Counted from the stretch's first letter, positions 36,961 to 51,459 are shown. The stretch: DNA of 64,000 nucleotides from Octopus sinensis (GCF_006345805.1 NC_042999.1:53630001-53694000), one strand, 5' to 3'. Notes: a model not told the origin generated them from the sequence alone. Made by a program: numbers and translations.

Positions 36961-38157
36961 ATGAATCAGATTTTACAAACAACTATAGAATTGTTCTTGC
37001 AGCCGATCGACCGAGAAATAACTGCTACATTGACGGTATACTACAAACAAATAATTTTATTAAATTTCATTAATAGTCACAAAATTTACAACAGGATGAT
37101 GCCATAACTCTTCAGGAAATTCGGAAAACACTCAGCGTTCAACACGCAATGGAAAATGTTTACATGTCGTGCAAAGAAGTGAGAGCAAGAGATACCAGAG
37201 CAATATGACAGCTTCTTTGATTTGAATGATTTAATAAGTTTAGTGCATTGCAAAATTCGGTTAGAGATTGATGAAATTTTTACCATAGAAATTGAATTTG
37301 TTTTCTCAGATATTGATTCGGGAGACGCTCATGAATTCTTGGTTGCATATTGAAGCAGTTAAACAGCAACCGGCGTCTTTGGAAACACACGTTAATGGTT
37401 ATGCGAAGAAGAAGAAAAGGCATGTAGAGAATGAGAACATATCACAAAGGAAATATTTCAGAAATAACTTGGGAATACTGAATCGACGAAACAAAGATTA
37501 ATAAACATTGATCCAAATATCAACAGAACTCGTTTCTTTTGCCGAGCTTTTCATAATCAAACGCTTTGTTATCGTAAAATGTATTCACACTACAAAACAT
37601 GAAGTCTCTTCAAATAAGTATTGATTAAATATTTTCTAATCATAATAATACACGATTTGCAGTAATTCTAAATGTACTTTTATTTTTGTTAATTGCTTTC
37701 CAGTTGTAATTATTATCAATCAGATTTGCTTATAAAGTTTTATTAATACAGGAACAAAGACGGTTTAATTAAACAGCATAAGCAACAGAGCTGTTTAATT
37801 TATTTATACTTTTATAGGTGGAAATTGCTTCAAGAATCAAGGTGGTTGATAATTCTGTTTTCACACATTGTCTATATCTTTTCACACCAGACACATTTAT
37901 AATATGACCTATATAAATACACCCACATAAAGTTATATTTCTATTATCTTCACAGGAATTGTACGCTGTGACATTTTAGAAAACACTATTTACATTTGAG
38001 AAACAAAAGTAGGGATACTTCAAAAATTCAAGGTAATATGTACAGCTTTGTACATGCAAGTACATATCAAGTAAAGTACATGCGTATCTACAAATAATAT
38101 ATAAAGATAGTATAATTATATATATATATAATTATACTATCTTTATATATTATTTTA

Positions 38158-38207
<50 letters not shown>

Positions 38208-38877
38208 ATTTCAAGAATAAACACTTAACGTACGCAAAGTAATTTTAAGGTATATAGTATTTTGTTTAAATAAATAACGTCATGGCATGCCGAGGTTTTC
38301 AAACTTCAGTATCTGTTCGCTTAAAATCACATCAACGTTTATTTTGGACGACTCAAATCAAATAAAACTTCGTTTGTTTTATCTAGTGAATCCACTTCAG
38401 TTTTTTTGACAATGTCATTAAATGTGACTTTTTGTTCTTTGTAGTAGTCACGCGAAAATTATTTCTAAGTCACTCCATCAAAAAAGACTTTATTTATTTA
38501 ATCTAATCTTACTGGTTTAATTCAGTTTGATAAAGCATGCACCGGGAGAATAATGTTGTAGGGGTTACAGCTGTTCGTGTCGAATAGATATAATCAACGC
38601 TGTATGACAAGGCAAATGGCTCCCGAATTCCTGAAATAATAAAGTCAAGGTTAGCCACGAGCTGATGGAAAATGAACGTTGATTCTCATACGCGAAACTC
38701 AGTTCCAACATTTCATGCATAAAACTTAATTTTCATTCTACAATTACTTAAAATCAAACAGCAAGGAAAACTGTATGGATGAAAAAGACTCTACAATATT
38801 CAGGATTTATAAACTGTTTATATGTAAACAATATTTAAGATGTTATTATATACTTTATATTGTGTGTGTGCTTATTT

Positions 38878-39051
38878 ATGTATGTATGAATGTATGTATA
38901 TATGTATGTATATATGTATGTATATATGTATGTATCACGTACGTATGGATGTATGGATGTATGTATGTATATATGTATGTATGTATATATGTATATATGT
39001 ATGTATGTATATATATATGTATGTACGTATGTATGTATATAGGTATGTATG

Positions 39052-39085
<34 letters not shown>

Positions 39086-39121
39086 TGTATGTATGTATGT
39101 ATGTATGTATGTATGTATGTA
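38878..39121. repeat. (TATG)n microsatellite (others at about 14934-15025 and 33925-34110)
   Basis: Direct inspection. Confidence 0.95.
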
Positions 39122-39295
39122 TTGATCTAAAGGTGTCTTTTGTAATATATTGTCCACCCTGTGTCACGCACAGTTTCACACTATTTTCAATAGTGTGAAA
39201 CAATGACAATCAAAATGTCTGTAACCCAGTGATATTTACAAACTGTAATATAAGGAACTATAATATATTAAATTATGATATATTAAAATACAATA

Positions 39296-39713
39296 GGCGC
39301 AGAAGTGGCTATGTGGTAAGTAGCTTGCTTACCAACCACGTGGTCCTGGGTTCAGTCCCACTGCGTGGCACCTTGGTCAAGTGTCTTCTACTATAGCCTC
39401 GGGCTGACCAAAGCCTTGTGAGTGGATTTGGCAGACTGAAACTGAAAGAAGCCCGTCGTATATATGCATATATATATATATGTATGTGTGTATGTATATG
39501 TGTGTCTGTGTTTGTCCCCCCAACATCGCTTGACAACCGATGCTGGTGTGTTTACGTCCCCTTAACTTAGCGGTTCGGCAAAATGACCGATAGAATAAGT
39601 ACTAGGCTTCCAAAGAATAAGCCCTAGAGTCGATTTGCGCGACTAAAGGTGGTGCTCCAGCATGGCCGCAGTCAAATGGCTGAAACAAGTAAAAGATTAA
39701 AGAGTAAAGAGTA
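39296..39713 (+). mobile_element. SINE family A, full length
   Basis: Same architecture as 1644-2052. Confidence 0.9.
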
Positions 39714-42085
39714 ACCATTGCGTCTTTTACTTCATTCATATATTTCAATCTTTATTCCAGACTGTTATTCCGAACAAAACATATACAAACACTTCAAACA
39801 ACTGTAGATGAGAATTTATCTCATCATTACCCTTCATTTATTTCTTCAGTACATGTTTACCAAATATATCTCCATTTCTTTGACGGAGGTGAACCTGAAC
39901 TTCAAGGCAATTGTTTTTCTTTGAAGATTTAACCATACGGAAGACACTTGCATGTCTCTTCTGTACTTATCTTCTATATAAGAAATTCTATAACACTATT
40001 TTGTCTGTCATTTCTTGTAGTATCTTACCTTATATGCGATGAAACATTTTGGAACGTAGTCATCGCAGTCGCTGTTCCTCATAGATTATTTTCTATAACG
40101 TGCCAAGTCTTCTGATAAGAACTCAGGAATATGCGATAATATCTTAAAAATATATGTTGTCATAGGAAAAGTCGAATAGTATCAGAGATTAGGTCCAATT
40201 CCAATGGAATATGTTAATACATATGATCACATTTATAAATATGAAAAAACAAAACTGTTTTATTTAGACAAAAACAAACACTTCAATACATCATAATATC
40301 ATTATATATTAATTATGCTAACATAAATAGACGAATGCTTAGAACAAATTAGAAATTTCTTTATAGACGAATATGTATATATTTTCATACGAGGCGAATC
40401 TGTGTGTCTTTGATTTCAAACAGGAAACGACATTTTCCATTTGAATACAAACATTTATTTCATATAGCAACCATCTCAGCAATAAGCTGTTACTTATTCA
40501 ACACTCGATTGTTAATATAATTTCTACTTCCTCTCTTGGGAATGGTTGTCATATTAATACACAACCACACTCTAAATCATTGTGTTCTTGTTTTTTTCTC
40601 CTTTTTTTGTATTTTAAGCCATAGAATCAAAATAGTAGCAAATCTCTATTACAAAAACGTCCGTTGGCTGCGTTTAACGTATACCAGAGGTCTCGTATAT
40701 TCCTAATCTTTTCAAGGCGCAAGCTTTAAAAAGGCTTCTAGCGTATTCCTTGACACTCGACAATTATGGTCTTGAATGTATGTGTAACAATTAAACCTTT
40801 TATTTCATTACTTGACCAGTGATGCCGAATTCTGTTTTATACTCCGTGACCTTTACCATCGATCGTGAGGATTGCTGGGGGAAACTGACAAATACATGAA
40901 GAGCTATTTGGCCATAATCAAATGCATCATGATTCGCTTCTCGATAACGTTGAAGAAAGGATATTAATTCTCTGACAAATGTTTGCATAGAATCTTCTCT
41001 TCAGAATTTATAACCATCGTGACACTATGACTTATTTGTCTTCTCTAAATACCGATATTGATTCTGGCCCAAGATGAGTTTAGAAATGAAACTCACCAAG
41101 ACCCCAAATAATATGATAAGCCTCTGTAGAAAGGAATGTAATTTCCAGTCGTAAACAGAAGAGTAAGTGGGAATAATAAATTGATTATCACTTCAGTTAT
41201 AGTAGAGCTTGTGAAAACATTCCAAAATATTATGTTTCACGTATTTATGGAAGTTGTCCTAAAGCTCTCAGTAATTGAAACTTCCACGAAGTGAATAGGA
41301 GATCGATTTCAAAATGCAATTTGAAAGGCAGCTGAAGTCATTTTTGTTCACGTACACCACCGGAGAATAAAATATTTACCTTTCAAACGTTTCTATCTAA
41401 AAACTATTTACTTATTCCTCGCGCGTAATTAAAAATAATAAAATAGTGTAAGTAACAATTTGAGAAAAACCGAAATATAATTTACGAGTTAATGTTGGTT
41501 TCGTGTCAGAATGTGAATTTTATGAAGAAAAAAAAATTGAACAAAATGACAATGTCAGTAAGATGACATATCGGTAGCCAATTTTGGAATTTGCAATTCA
41601 AAGAAAATATTTTACATAAATGAAGTTAAATCTTGTCATATAACATGATGTTTTTAAATAAGTTGCTTTAACTCAACACGTCCCGGCAAGAAAATATGAC
41701 AAGTGAAAACGTTAAGTTGTAAAAGAAACAAACTCTTAAAACAGCCTCGACAAAAATATCGAGACGTGTATATCATTGGAATCTATAAGAGAATCGAGTT
41801 ATTCCAAATGTTCATGGCGTCGGCTTCAAATCGGGAAATCACCATTTCTGAAAGAAGATAATCTACTGAAATTTGCTGAAAAGATTTAATTTTTAAATAC
41901 GAATCCGAAATTTTTAATTGAAGGGATTAGCTAAATACATCGAATGATAATTTATCCTTTCCATTTCGGTAGGTTGACAGGCATAGTTGACACCCGGCAA
42001 GATGTCAACTCAAAACGCAAGGATTGGACAAAATACACACTGCAAATCATTGTAGCCAGAATTTTAATGATTCTGCCATTCAGCG

Positions 42086-42430
42086 CTCTGGAAGAGGTTA
42101 CAATTTTAAGTTATAAAACAAATGAATTTAAATCACTAAAACCATGAAACCGATACTGCACTATAACTGTTAATATTAAACATCACCATCCACATGCGAA
42201 ACGCATTATTGTATAATATACAGTGGCGGTAGACACCGTATTGTTATGCAGAAAATTAAGTATTTTTATTCGTAATTACATTAGAGTAAAGATCCGAATT
42301 TAACAAAACCAAATTTTACCTGTTATCGAATAAAATGCAATGACGAAAATATCTAATCAGCCTTGGTAATCAATTATTAAATAAACGAGGGCCACATGGA
42401 GTTTAGTCTCTTGACTACATTTTCAAAGAA
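42086..42430 (+). repeat. Dispersed direct repeat, copy 1 (copy 2 at 48434-48811)
   Basis: About 350 bp of clear homology with substitutions and one indel of about 30 bp. Confidence 0.9.
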
Positions 42431-44680
42431 AATAACAATATGAAAATGGCTCTAGGATATTAGATTAAATCTTTAGATGCATAGAAACGATCCAGCATGG
42501 TCTCAGCCATTGTATAAAACCAGCAAAAGTTAGCAAAAGTATATATAATGTCAATGCTGCAACATTGGTTGTACTTACACATAAAGATGCACTATGAAAA
42601 GCGCAGACTAAAATTGTGAAAAACATCGAAAACAGTTAAAATTGAATGTATCGTTCAGAAGGAAATGTTTCCAAGATTGTTTCCCTTGTCATGTTTCAGG
42701 CGTGTTCGGTGCTATTCTTAACATTATAAAAAAAAATCTCTTTGAGAAAACCATTATAGAATTGGTAATTAGAAAAATAAAAATGTATTATTAGGGATCT
42801 TTTAGTCATCTTACTTCAGAATCCAGAATAAAACAACAATATGCTATCTTGGCAGAAGGGTTTTCGTGAAGGATGTTCCATCACTTTCAAAGCACAAACA
42901 CTTGGTGTTTTGAAAGTGTTTCTTCATGAGCTCTACAATCCTTCATGATCACTACAAGTACATACAGACTTGTAATAGGACCAGTATATTAACTAGTCCT
43001 CAATTATGACTAGAATTAGTTTTGAAGACCGAACTCTTATATTTATGAGAAGATTCAAGATATCCATAAACTTAGATGTCTACATTTAAGTCTCCATTGA
43101 CTCAGACACTAATATCGATGCCATTAATCGTCAAAAACTACTGGCATACCTTTTAAATGAGCCTCCACTTTTGACATCATCAGTCACTGATCCGGCTTCT
43201 TCTACAATCTTTCATACATTGGTCAGCTGCTCAAATAGATCTAATATCAAAGGTGTGTCGATTTATGCGGCAGCATTTCTCGACAGTACATGTTTCACAC
43301 TGAGAAGCTTAAAGCAATTTGGCCAGTCTTTCTTTATGTATTCCTAATTTATCAAACAATGTCTTCATTGACTTATCCTTGATAACATATCATCTAAGAT
43401 ATCATCAATGACGTCACCAATGACATCATCAAAAGTGCATAATTAATGACACAACTTCAATGATATACCTTCCATGAAAGACATCGTTAATGAGACGTCA
43501 CTAATGACAAGTACTTCGTAATTTCCGTAGATTAAACCTGATAAATTGCTGTAGGTGATTTGACAATATGAAATCATGGCTAATGTTGATTATGGGAGTA
43601 TTTGTTGCTTCTGTTTAATGATGATCAGACAAAGAGCTGTAGCAAAGGACCGCCAGAAATAGAATCGATATAATTACTAGCCTAATCCCATTCTTAAGTC
43701 TCACTAAATAAAGGACATATTATATGATGTGGTCATAGATACACTATCGGCACGAAGGCAAGATGATGGCTTACAAAATATTGTTTCCGGGGGTTTAGAG
43801 CTGTCCTTGGAGGGACGAAAAGTGTTTGGTCTTCCATAGTTTTACTAATAACATGCCTCTTACTGAAATGTGTATTATTGTCTACCTTCTGTCACAGAAT
43901 AATGGTAGGGAAAAAGAAACTGTCTTAACGATTCTTATAGGGGAAAGAAAAAGATCTAGTAAGAACTTATGCACTTTGCAAATGTTTGCAACTCGACTGA
44001 AAGGCCGACATTGGTTTTGAATCAAGGGTGGATCAGGTCAACCTCTAAGTATGGGAACAATGCACTCTGCCCCCGAACTTCCACACACTCTCCTCTTGTA
44101 TAATTTTGAGTCTGGCCCGTACTGTGCTAAGAGTCACTTGCTTGAGTTTTGCCGCCCCTGGGATTGAAACCAGACCAATTTGCTGCATCGTCCATATTTC
44201 TCACCTTGTCCAGACATTCTCTATTTTACTCATTCCCTTTCTGTCTGGCCACCAAGTGTTTAAGCCGAATAACTATTAATAATTACACTGAAATGTTACA
44301 GATCACCAACCTATTAAAGATGAAGGCGACAATACTTATTAAAGGGCTAACTAAAAAACAGTGCCCTCTAGGAATTTCTTTGAACACATCCATAGAGTTA
44401 TCGACTTATTACAAACAATGAAGAAGGCTACAATACGTTCAAAGAAACCTAAACAAATAGAAACCTTGGGAATTGTCTGTCTTGCTTGATCAGATAATAT
44501 GCTTCATTCAAATACATGGTTATTTCTGAGGTTGAAAACTTAAAAACTAGTCAAATCCAACTTTTAATTCTTTAAAAATATAGTGAATGTTCATCTAGAG
44601 TTTCCAATATATAAAAAATAATATGAACTTTTTCTACTCAGTTGATATGACCGCTTTATAGTTTAGTAACGTTTATTATT

Positions 44681-45700
44681 CTTTTCTACTCTACGCACAA
44701 GGCGGAATTTGAACTCAGAACATTAAAGACAGGCGAAAACTCGCTAAGCATTTCGCCCGGCGTGCTAACGTTTCTGCCAGCGCGCCGACTTAAGCAATGT
44801 GTATTATTCTTTTCTGCTCTAGACACAAGACCCGAAATTTTGGGTGAAGGGTCCAGTCGATTAGATCAACCCCAGTACGCAACTGGTACTTAATTTATCG
44901 ACCCTGAAAGGATGAAAGGCAAAGTCGACCTCGGCGGAATTTGAACTCAAAATGTAAAGACAGACGAAATACCGCTAAGCATTTCACCCAGCTTGCTAAC
45001 GTTTCTTATTTCTTTATTGCCCACAAGGGGCTACACACTGAGGGGACAAACAAGGACAGACAAACGGATTAAGTCGATTATATCGACCCCAGTGTGTAAC
45101 TGGCACTTAATTTATCGACCCCAAAAGGATGAAAGGCAAAGTCGAGCTCGTCGGAATTTGAACTCAGAACGCAGCGGCGGACGAAATACCGCTAAGAATT
45201 TCGCCCGGCGTGCTAATTTTTTTGCCAGCTCGCCGCCTTAAGCAACGTTTATTATTGAAACATCAATTGATATTTTTATTTATAGCAAAGTAGCAAGCTG
45301 GCAGAAGTGGTAGCACGCGTGGGTAAAATTCTAAGCGGCGTTTCGCCTGTCTTTATGTCATGAGTTCAAATTCCGCTGAAATCGATATTTTCTACTCTAG
45401 GCACAAGAACCGAATTTTTTTTTGGGGGGGGGGGCAGGGGGGCAGTCGATTAGATCGCTCCCAGTACGCAACTGGTACTTGATTTATCGACCCTGAAAGG
45501 ATTAAAGGCAAAGTCGAACCTCGGCGGAATTTGAACTCAGAACGTAAAGTCAGATGAAATACTGCTAAGCATTTCACCCAGCGTGCTAACAATTCTACCA
45601 GCTCACAGCTTCGTTTCAGGGTTGAGCACAGGGATCGAACTAGTCCCCTTAGTCCCACCCCCGAAATTGCTAGAATTGTATTAAAATCTGAAACCAATAT
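44681..45700. mobile_element. SINE C cluster: three minus copies, then a plus copy interrupted by another minus copy
   Basis: Repeated GGAATTTGAACTCAGAAC and GGATGAAAGGCAAAGTCGA motifs, with at least two tail types. Confidence 0.85.
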
Positions 45701-46544
45701 TTTCATTTGTGATGATTTACTTTTTCTATTGTTCTTGTTTCCACCTTCGTATTTCCTTATGTTTTTGTATTTTTAGGTATTTCTTGGCTAAACTTTATTA
45801 GTTTCTATTCGATTTAAAGGATAATTAATCGGCTTAAGACCCCAGAAACTCTGCTTAACAGTCGGTCGCTTCTCGATTAGATTGAACGGTTTCGTTTGCA
45901 GTAAATAACACCCGCATTGTTATTATTTCTCTACTGGCGAGATGAGAAGATTCGCATTCTATTTCAGGACATACAATTATAGCAGACACGCAACGTTGTT
46001 TTAACTTCAAGTTTCAATATATTTAGCTGCATGGATACCACCAAAAACTACGAAGAGAAAGACAGAGAGAGAGAGAGAGAGAGAGACGGGGAGGAGAGTG
46101 GAGAGAGAAGCAAGGAAACGATGTTTCAGAGTAATGCGATTATAAAAGGGTCGGGATTCAGTCATTATTCGCAGATGTACTGTATACAAAACAGATATAC
46201 TATATATTTATATATGTATGCTTGTACGTATGTACGTGATTGATTGGGTATACAACAGTACATAGAAAAGTGCGTTGGACAGAGACAGAAAAAGAGAGAG
46301 AGAAAGACCGAAGAAGTGAAAGAAAGAAAAGTTAGAAACCGAAAATAATTGCTGACGGTTTGTGAAAGAGCGACAGTCACATGGATGAACTGAAGTATTT
46401 AATTCCGTTTCTATATAAATATATGTTGCTATGAGTAAATACTTAGACGTCTTTCTCTCTATATTATGTATGCATTTTTAATTTCAAAACCAAACTAAAA
46501 TAAATTTGTTGCACCTAATCTACTGGGCTCTAGTATACACGTTA

Positions 46545-46775
46545 GGCGGCTAGCTGGCAGAAACGTTAGCACGCCGGGCGAAATGCGTAGCCGTATTTCG
46601 TCTGCCGCTACGTTCTGAGTTCAAATTCCGCCGAGGTCGACTTTGCCTTTCATCCTTTCGGGGTCGATAAATTAAGTACCAGTTACGCCCTGGGATCGAT
46701 GTAATCGACTTAATCCGTTTGTCTGTCCTTGTTTGTCCCCTCTGTGTTTAGCCCCTTGTGGGTAGTAAAGAAATA
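46545..46775 (+). mobile_element. SINE family C, intact, with target-site duplication
   Basis: GGCGGCTAGCTGGCAGAAACGTTAGCACGCCGGG...GAGTTCAAATTCC...CCTTTCGGGGTCGATAAATTAAGTACCAG...AAAGAAATA. TSD TATACACGTTA(GG) at 46534-46546 and 46776-46788. Confidence 0.93.
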
Positions 46776-46993
46776 TATACACGTTAGGTTGGCGACCTTC
46801 ACAAAATCTCCCAGCTGCCGAAATTGCTCCTGATTTCACTCAAATTCAAGACTGAACGCATGTCTATATTACACGCGCGCGTACACGCACAAGCAAACAC
46901 ACTCTCAGATACACGTACACTCTCACACACTAAAACACACAAAAACACACACTCCGCTCCGTTAACCAAATACATCTAATAAGCCACAGATCT

Positions 46994-47025
<32 letters not shown>

Positions 47026-47586
47026 TCCCACACAAACACACACAATCACAAAATCGTTAGAACGTCGGAGAGAATGCCACACTTTATGTGTTCCATCCCT
47101 TTGTCTTTCGAGGTCGATGACGGTTTACCAGTCCCACCAAATTTGTTGGTGAAACTGTAAGCACATTGGGCGAGATCTGGAATGGTATTTCTTCAGGCTC
47201 TTCACGTTCTGAGTTCTAATCCAGCCTTGGCTTTCTTACGAGGTAGACTTCGAAGTAGACCTCGTTCGGTCTATCAGCCCCACATGATACCTTGGGTACT
47301 ATTGGGTGAGCATGGGCCAGGTGCTTGTGTGAACAATACCTTTCTTCCTTCCGCTTATCGTTCCCAGACTCCCTACAACGGAGATCCATTGTCTACCTTC
47401 ATACCTAAAAGACTAAAACATAGAAATGAACTTGCTCGCGCGTGTGTGTGTACGTACTTTTGCGTGCCTATACATGTGAATATGTGTGTATAGATATGAA
47501 TAGGTACGTGTATTGAAGCATAACATAGTTAGGTTTGTGTCAGTTTTGTATACATATGTCTACGAGTGTATGTGTTTGTGATTACA

Positions 47587-47627
<41 letters not shown>

Positions 47628-47679
47628 ATATGTATGCGTGTGTGTGTGTGTGTGGTGTGTGTGTGTGTGCGTATATGTA

Positions 47680-47710
<31 letters not shown>

Positions 47711-48433
47711 TGCTTTCGTAGAAATGCGATATCTGTCTTTCAAATTCCATTAAACAGCGCCCTCCTACTTCTTTGCCTTTCATTATCTCTGCAATAAAGA
47801 TTTTTTTCTTCTTCGAGGTGTGTGTAGTCTGTTAACTACTTCACAACTGGTTCACTAACATCTGTTTCTTCTACGTTTCTTCTACGTCCTGGTTCCCATA
47901 GTAACAAATGTCATACAATTACATCTTTTTGCACCAGCAGGCTCCTACACTTTTCTCAGTGTCGTTTGACGGATTCCATTAACAATGCTATATTTCTATA
48001 CTACACTAATTGATAAATGTGGCTCTGAATAAATACTCTTCATCTCCGTTAAAATCTAAATAAATATATGATCCATTTAGTCTGTTTAGATCCATATCTT
48101 TATATACAGTCATATGTTGTATATTACCTTTTAAACTATTGCATTTTGAGGTCTTCAGCTAGATTTAACCCTACCCTGCATTGCTGACATTTTATTTATT
48201 GCTGATCATGCCCATACAATTATTACTTCACAATCTTTCATTGACTTGTCTACCCATTATCCCAGATATTCGAATTTTTTTATGTTAGTATTTATGTCAA
48301 TTTGAACACTTTGACGATATAAAGAGTTTAGTTGGTTCACTGAAAACTATTCACTTAGTCTTACGATTATTCACGTAACGTTCCCGCCATGTCCCTGTAT
48401 CCGAAAGGATCATTGACATGCAGAGCATGTAAT

Positions 48434-48811
48434 CTCTTGAAGAGATTACAATTTTAAGTTATAAGACAAATGAATTTAAATCACTAAAACCATGAAACCG
48501 ATACTGCACTACAACTGTTAATATTGAACATCACCATCCGTAAACGAAATGCATTATTGTATAATATACAGTGGCGGTAGATACCGTATTGTTATGCAGA
48601 AAATAAAGTCTTTTTTATTCGTAATTACATTAGAGTAAGGATCCGAATTTCAGATAATCAAATTTTTACCTGAATTGAGAGAAAAGGTTACATTTTTCTG
48701 CTCTCGAATAAAATGCAATGACCCAAAACACCTAATTAGCCTTGGTAGTCAATGACTAAATAAACGAGGGCTATATGGAGTTTAGGGGAAAGAAAATACA
48801 TTTTCAAAGAA
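48434..48811 (+). repeat. Dispersed direct repeat, copy 2 (copy 1 at 42086-42430)
   Basis: Shares TTACAATTTTAAGTTATAA.ACAAATGAATTTAAATCACTAAAACCATGAAACCGATACTGCACTA and the downstream sequence. Confidence 0.9.
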
Positions 48812-49620
48812 AGGATTGTTGACGTTGTGTAGTCAGATTAATTTTAGACCTTCGTCAAGACTTTGTAGTAAAATTTGAACTTCTTTGATAGCATTAAACG
48901 TAAGACGTTATCATCTGCACAATAACCTGTTCCAGTAATTATAGTAGAAGGTTAACGTATTCTCTCTTAGAAATATTTATTTTTATTTTTCCTGTATTTG
49001 ATATTGCGGATGGTAGTGTTTAGTCGAAGAGTACCACAAGTAAGAAAGGTGCAAGCGATATCTTATTAGAAAACTATTATATAATACCCACAGCAGATCA
49101 CGAACAGTATTTAATCAAGATTATTGTGAAATTGTTACAAATAGCTACAAACTACAGACAGTAAAAAACTGTGTACTGTATCCAGGAAAGCCACCAAATA
49201 CAAAAAAGTTATGGAAATTACCAAGGAAGGAAAAGAAAATGTTAGTCGAATGTGCAGTTAATTAACTCTATACTAAATCAAGGGAAACCGCTGTGGAATG
49301 TAGTTTTAATATGTTAATATGTTTTGCTTTGTAGAAGTAAAGTTGCCGGCGCCTACTTTACAGTTAAATTTTCATGCAGTTTTACCCAATGCACGTTCTT
49401 TTACATTAAAATAGACAATCTAATTTTACTTACCCTTTAAAAGAGTGAAATGGGTCGGAATATCTTTTAGTACAGGTTCACTCGATCATCGCCGATTTTA
49501 AACTAAACAACATTTACAAGGTTGAAACCTACATAAGATGCATTTTCTACTAAATCACCAACCGGAACTATAACGCTAGTAGAAGACTCAGAAAAAGAAT
49601 TGTTGAAAAGGCAATAACAA

Positions 49621-50085
49621 TAATGATAATTATCTTTTCTACTATAGGAACGAGGCATGAATTTAGGAGAAAGGGGTTGGTCAATTAAATCGACCCCCAG
49701 TGAGTAACTGGTTTCTAATTTATCGACTCCGAAAGGATGAATGGCAAAGAACACTTTGTCGGAATTTGAACTCAGAACGTAATGACGGACAAAATGCTTT
49801 TCAGCATTTTGCACGCGTGCTAACGATTCTACCAACTCTCCACCCAAATTCAATAATGATAATATCTTTTCTACTATAGGAACGAGGCATGAATTTAGGA
49901 GAAAGGGGTTGGTCAATTAAATCGACCCCCAGTGAGTAACTGGTTTCTAATTTATCGACTCCGAAAGGATGAATGGCAAAGAACACTTTGTCGGAATTTG
50001 AACTCAGAACGTAATGACGGACAAAATGCTTTTCAGCATTTTGCACGCGTGCTAACGATTCTACCAACTCTCCACCCAAATTCAA
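49621..50085 (-). repeat. Near-perfect tandem duplication (about 232-bp unit) of a diverged SINE C
   Basis: 49621-49853 and 49854-50085 read essentially identically. Confidence 0.92.
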
Positions 50086-50090
50086 TAATG

Positions 50091-50135
<45 letters not shown>

Positions 50136-50161
50136 TAATAATAATAATAATAATAATAATT

Positions 50162-51382
50162 ATAACTGGACTCTAAATGAACTAATCACAAAAGACAGGA
50201 GAACAAAAACATAATGATAGATTTAGAATGCACCACCCAGAATCTGATATAGAAAGATTATATATACAACGTATTGAAGGTGGAGGAGACCTTATACAGC
50301 TCGAAAACTATTACAAACTAACGACCATAGGATTACAGAAATACATACATCAGAATCAAGGAAAATTAATACAAATGGGTACAAGACACGATCAAAACAA
50401 AATAAAATTGTTTTCAGTCTTTAAGGCAGCTAACATATACAAAAAAGAAGTCATAATGCCTAACAACTATGAAGAAAAAGAAGAAACAATTTCTGTAAAA
50501 CAAATGAAATCCAAACTAATGCTGGTTCAGCAACGGATCGTGATAAAATGATGGCATGAAAAGCCTCCTCGTGGCAAATATTGGGTTAAGCTAAACATAA
50601 AAGAAATAGACAAATCAAAATCCAAACAATTGTTGAGAAGCTCAGGACTCAAAGCAGAGACTGAAGGATTTTTAATTGAATCACAAGATCAAAGCCTCCC
50701 CACCAGGAATTACCAAAAACGTATAATGAAAAGAAATTCAAGTAACTGCAGAACATGTGGTGATGGAGAAGAAACAATAAATCAGATTGCCTGTGGGTTC
50801 CCAATCCTGGCTAGGAAGAAATATATTCGCAGACACGACAGAGTTGGGATCTACATACACTGGAAGCTATAACAACACTGTGGAATAACAACAGAAAAAA
50901 AGATAGTATAAGAACACGCCAGAAAAGGTCACAGAAAAATGAGGAAGCAAATATTCTGAGAAATATGTCAATACACACAGATAGAGAAATTATGACCAAT
51001 AGGCTGGATATAGTTGTCAGAGATCATTAAAAATATGCTTTTCAATCGATGTATCAATACCAACAGATGACAATGTCTCACAAAGTGATACGGAGAAACT
51101 TTCAAAATACAAAGATCTTGAAACTGAGATAACTAGAATGTGGAGTCTAAAAAAATAATTTCTATCATAGTAGACGTATTAAGTATGATAAAAAAAAATT
51201 CAGACAAATACATAAGAAAATCACCAACAGAAAATAGCACTAGTAGGCACTGCACACATCCTACGTAAAACACGTTCAATACAGTAAAAATAAGAGTATC
51301 ACAACAAAATAGCACATACCCAAGGCAGACAGACCTGTGCACGGTAATGCAGTGAAAGCACCTGATAAGTATAAGACTACTG
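50162..51382 (+). mobile_element. Older, diverged 5'-truncated copy of Dong family 1 (3' about 1.2 kb)
   Basis: Aligns by eye to 7423-8685 (MHHPESDIERLYIQRIEGG, LRSSGLKAETEGFLIESQDQ, YIRRHDRVG). It carries many stops and indels, ends ACTACTG and has (TAA)n on both sides. Confidence 0.9.
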
Positions 51383-51383
51383 T

Positions 51384-51385
<2 letters not shown>

Positions 51386-51459
<74 letters not shown>

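Noticed and set aside
39720-41400. Protein-like but stop-ridden stretches suggesting an old transposon (also 42800-43380, 56700-57450, 63350-63800)
   Set aside because: No diagnostic catalytic motif could be reconstructed.
43385-43510. Decayed 12-bp periodicity containing TGACGTCA (CRE-like) at 43409-43416
   Set aside because: The 8-mer arises within a degenerate ATCATCAATGAC minisatellite, with no promoter context.
44993-45241. ORFs overlapping SINEs (also 1576-2229, 15635-16093, 26587-26787, 39309-39536, 49503-50138)
   Set aside because: Incidental frames in multi-copy non-coding SINEs.
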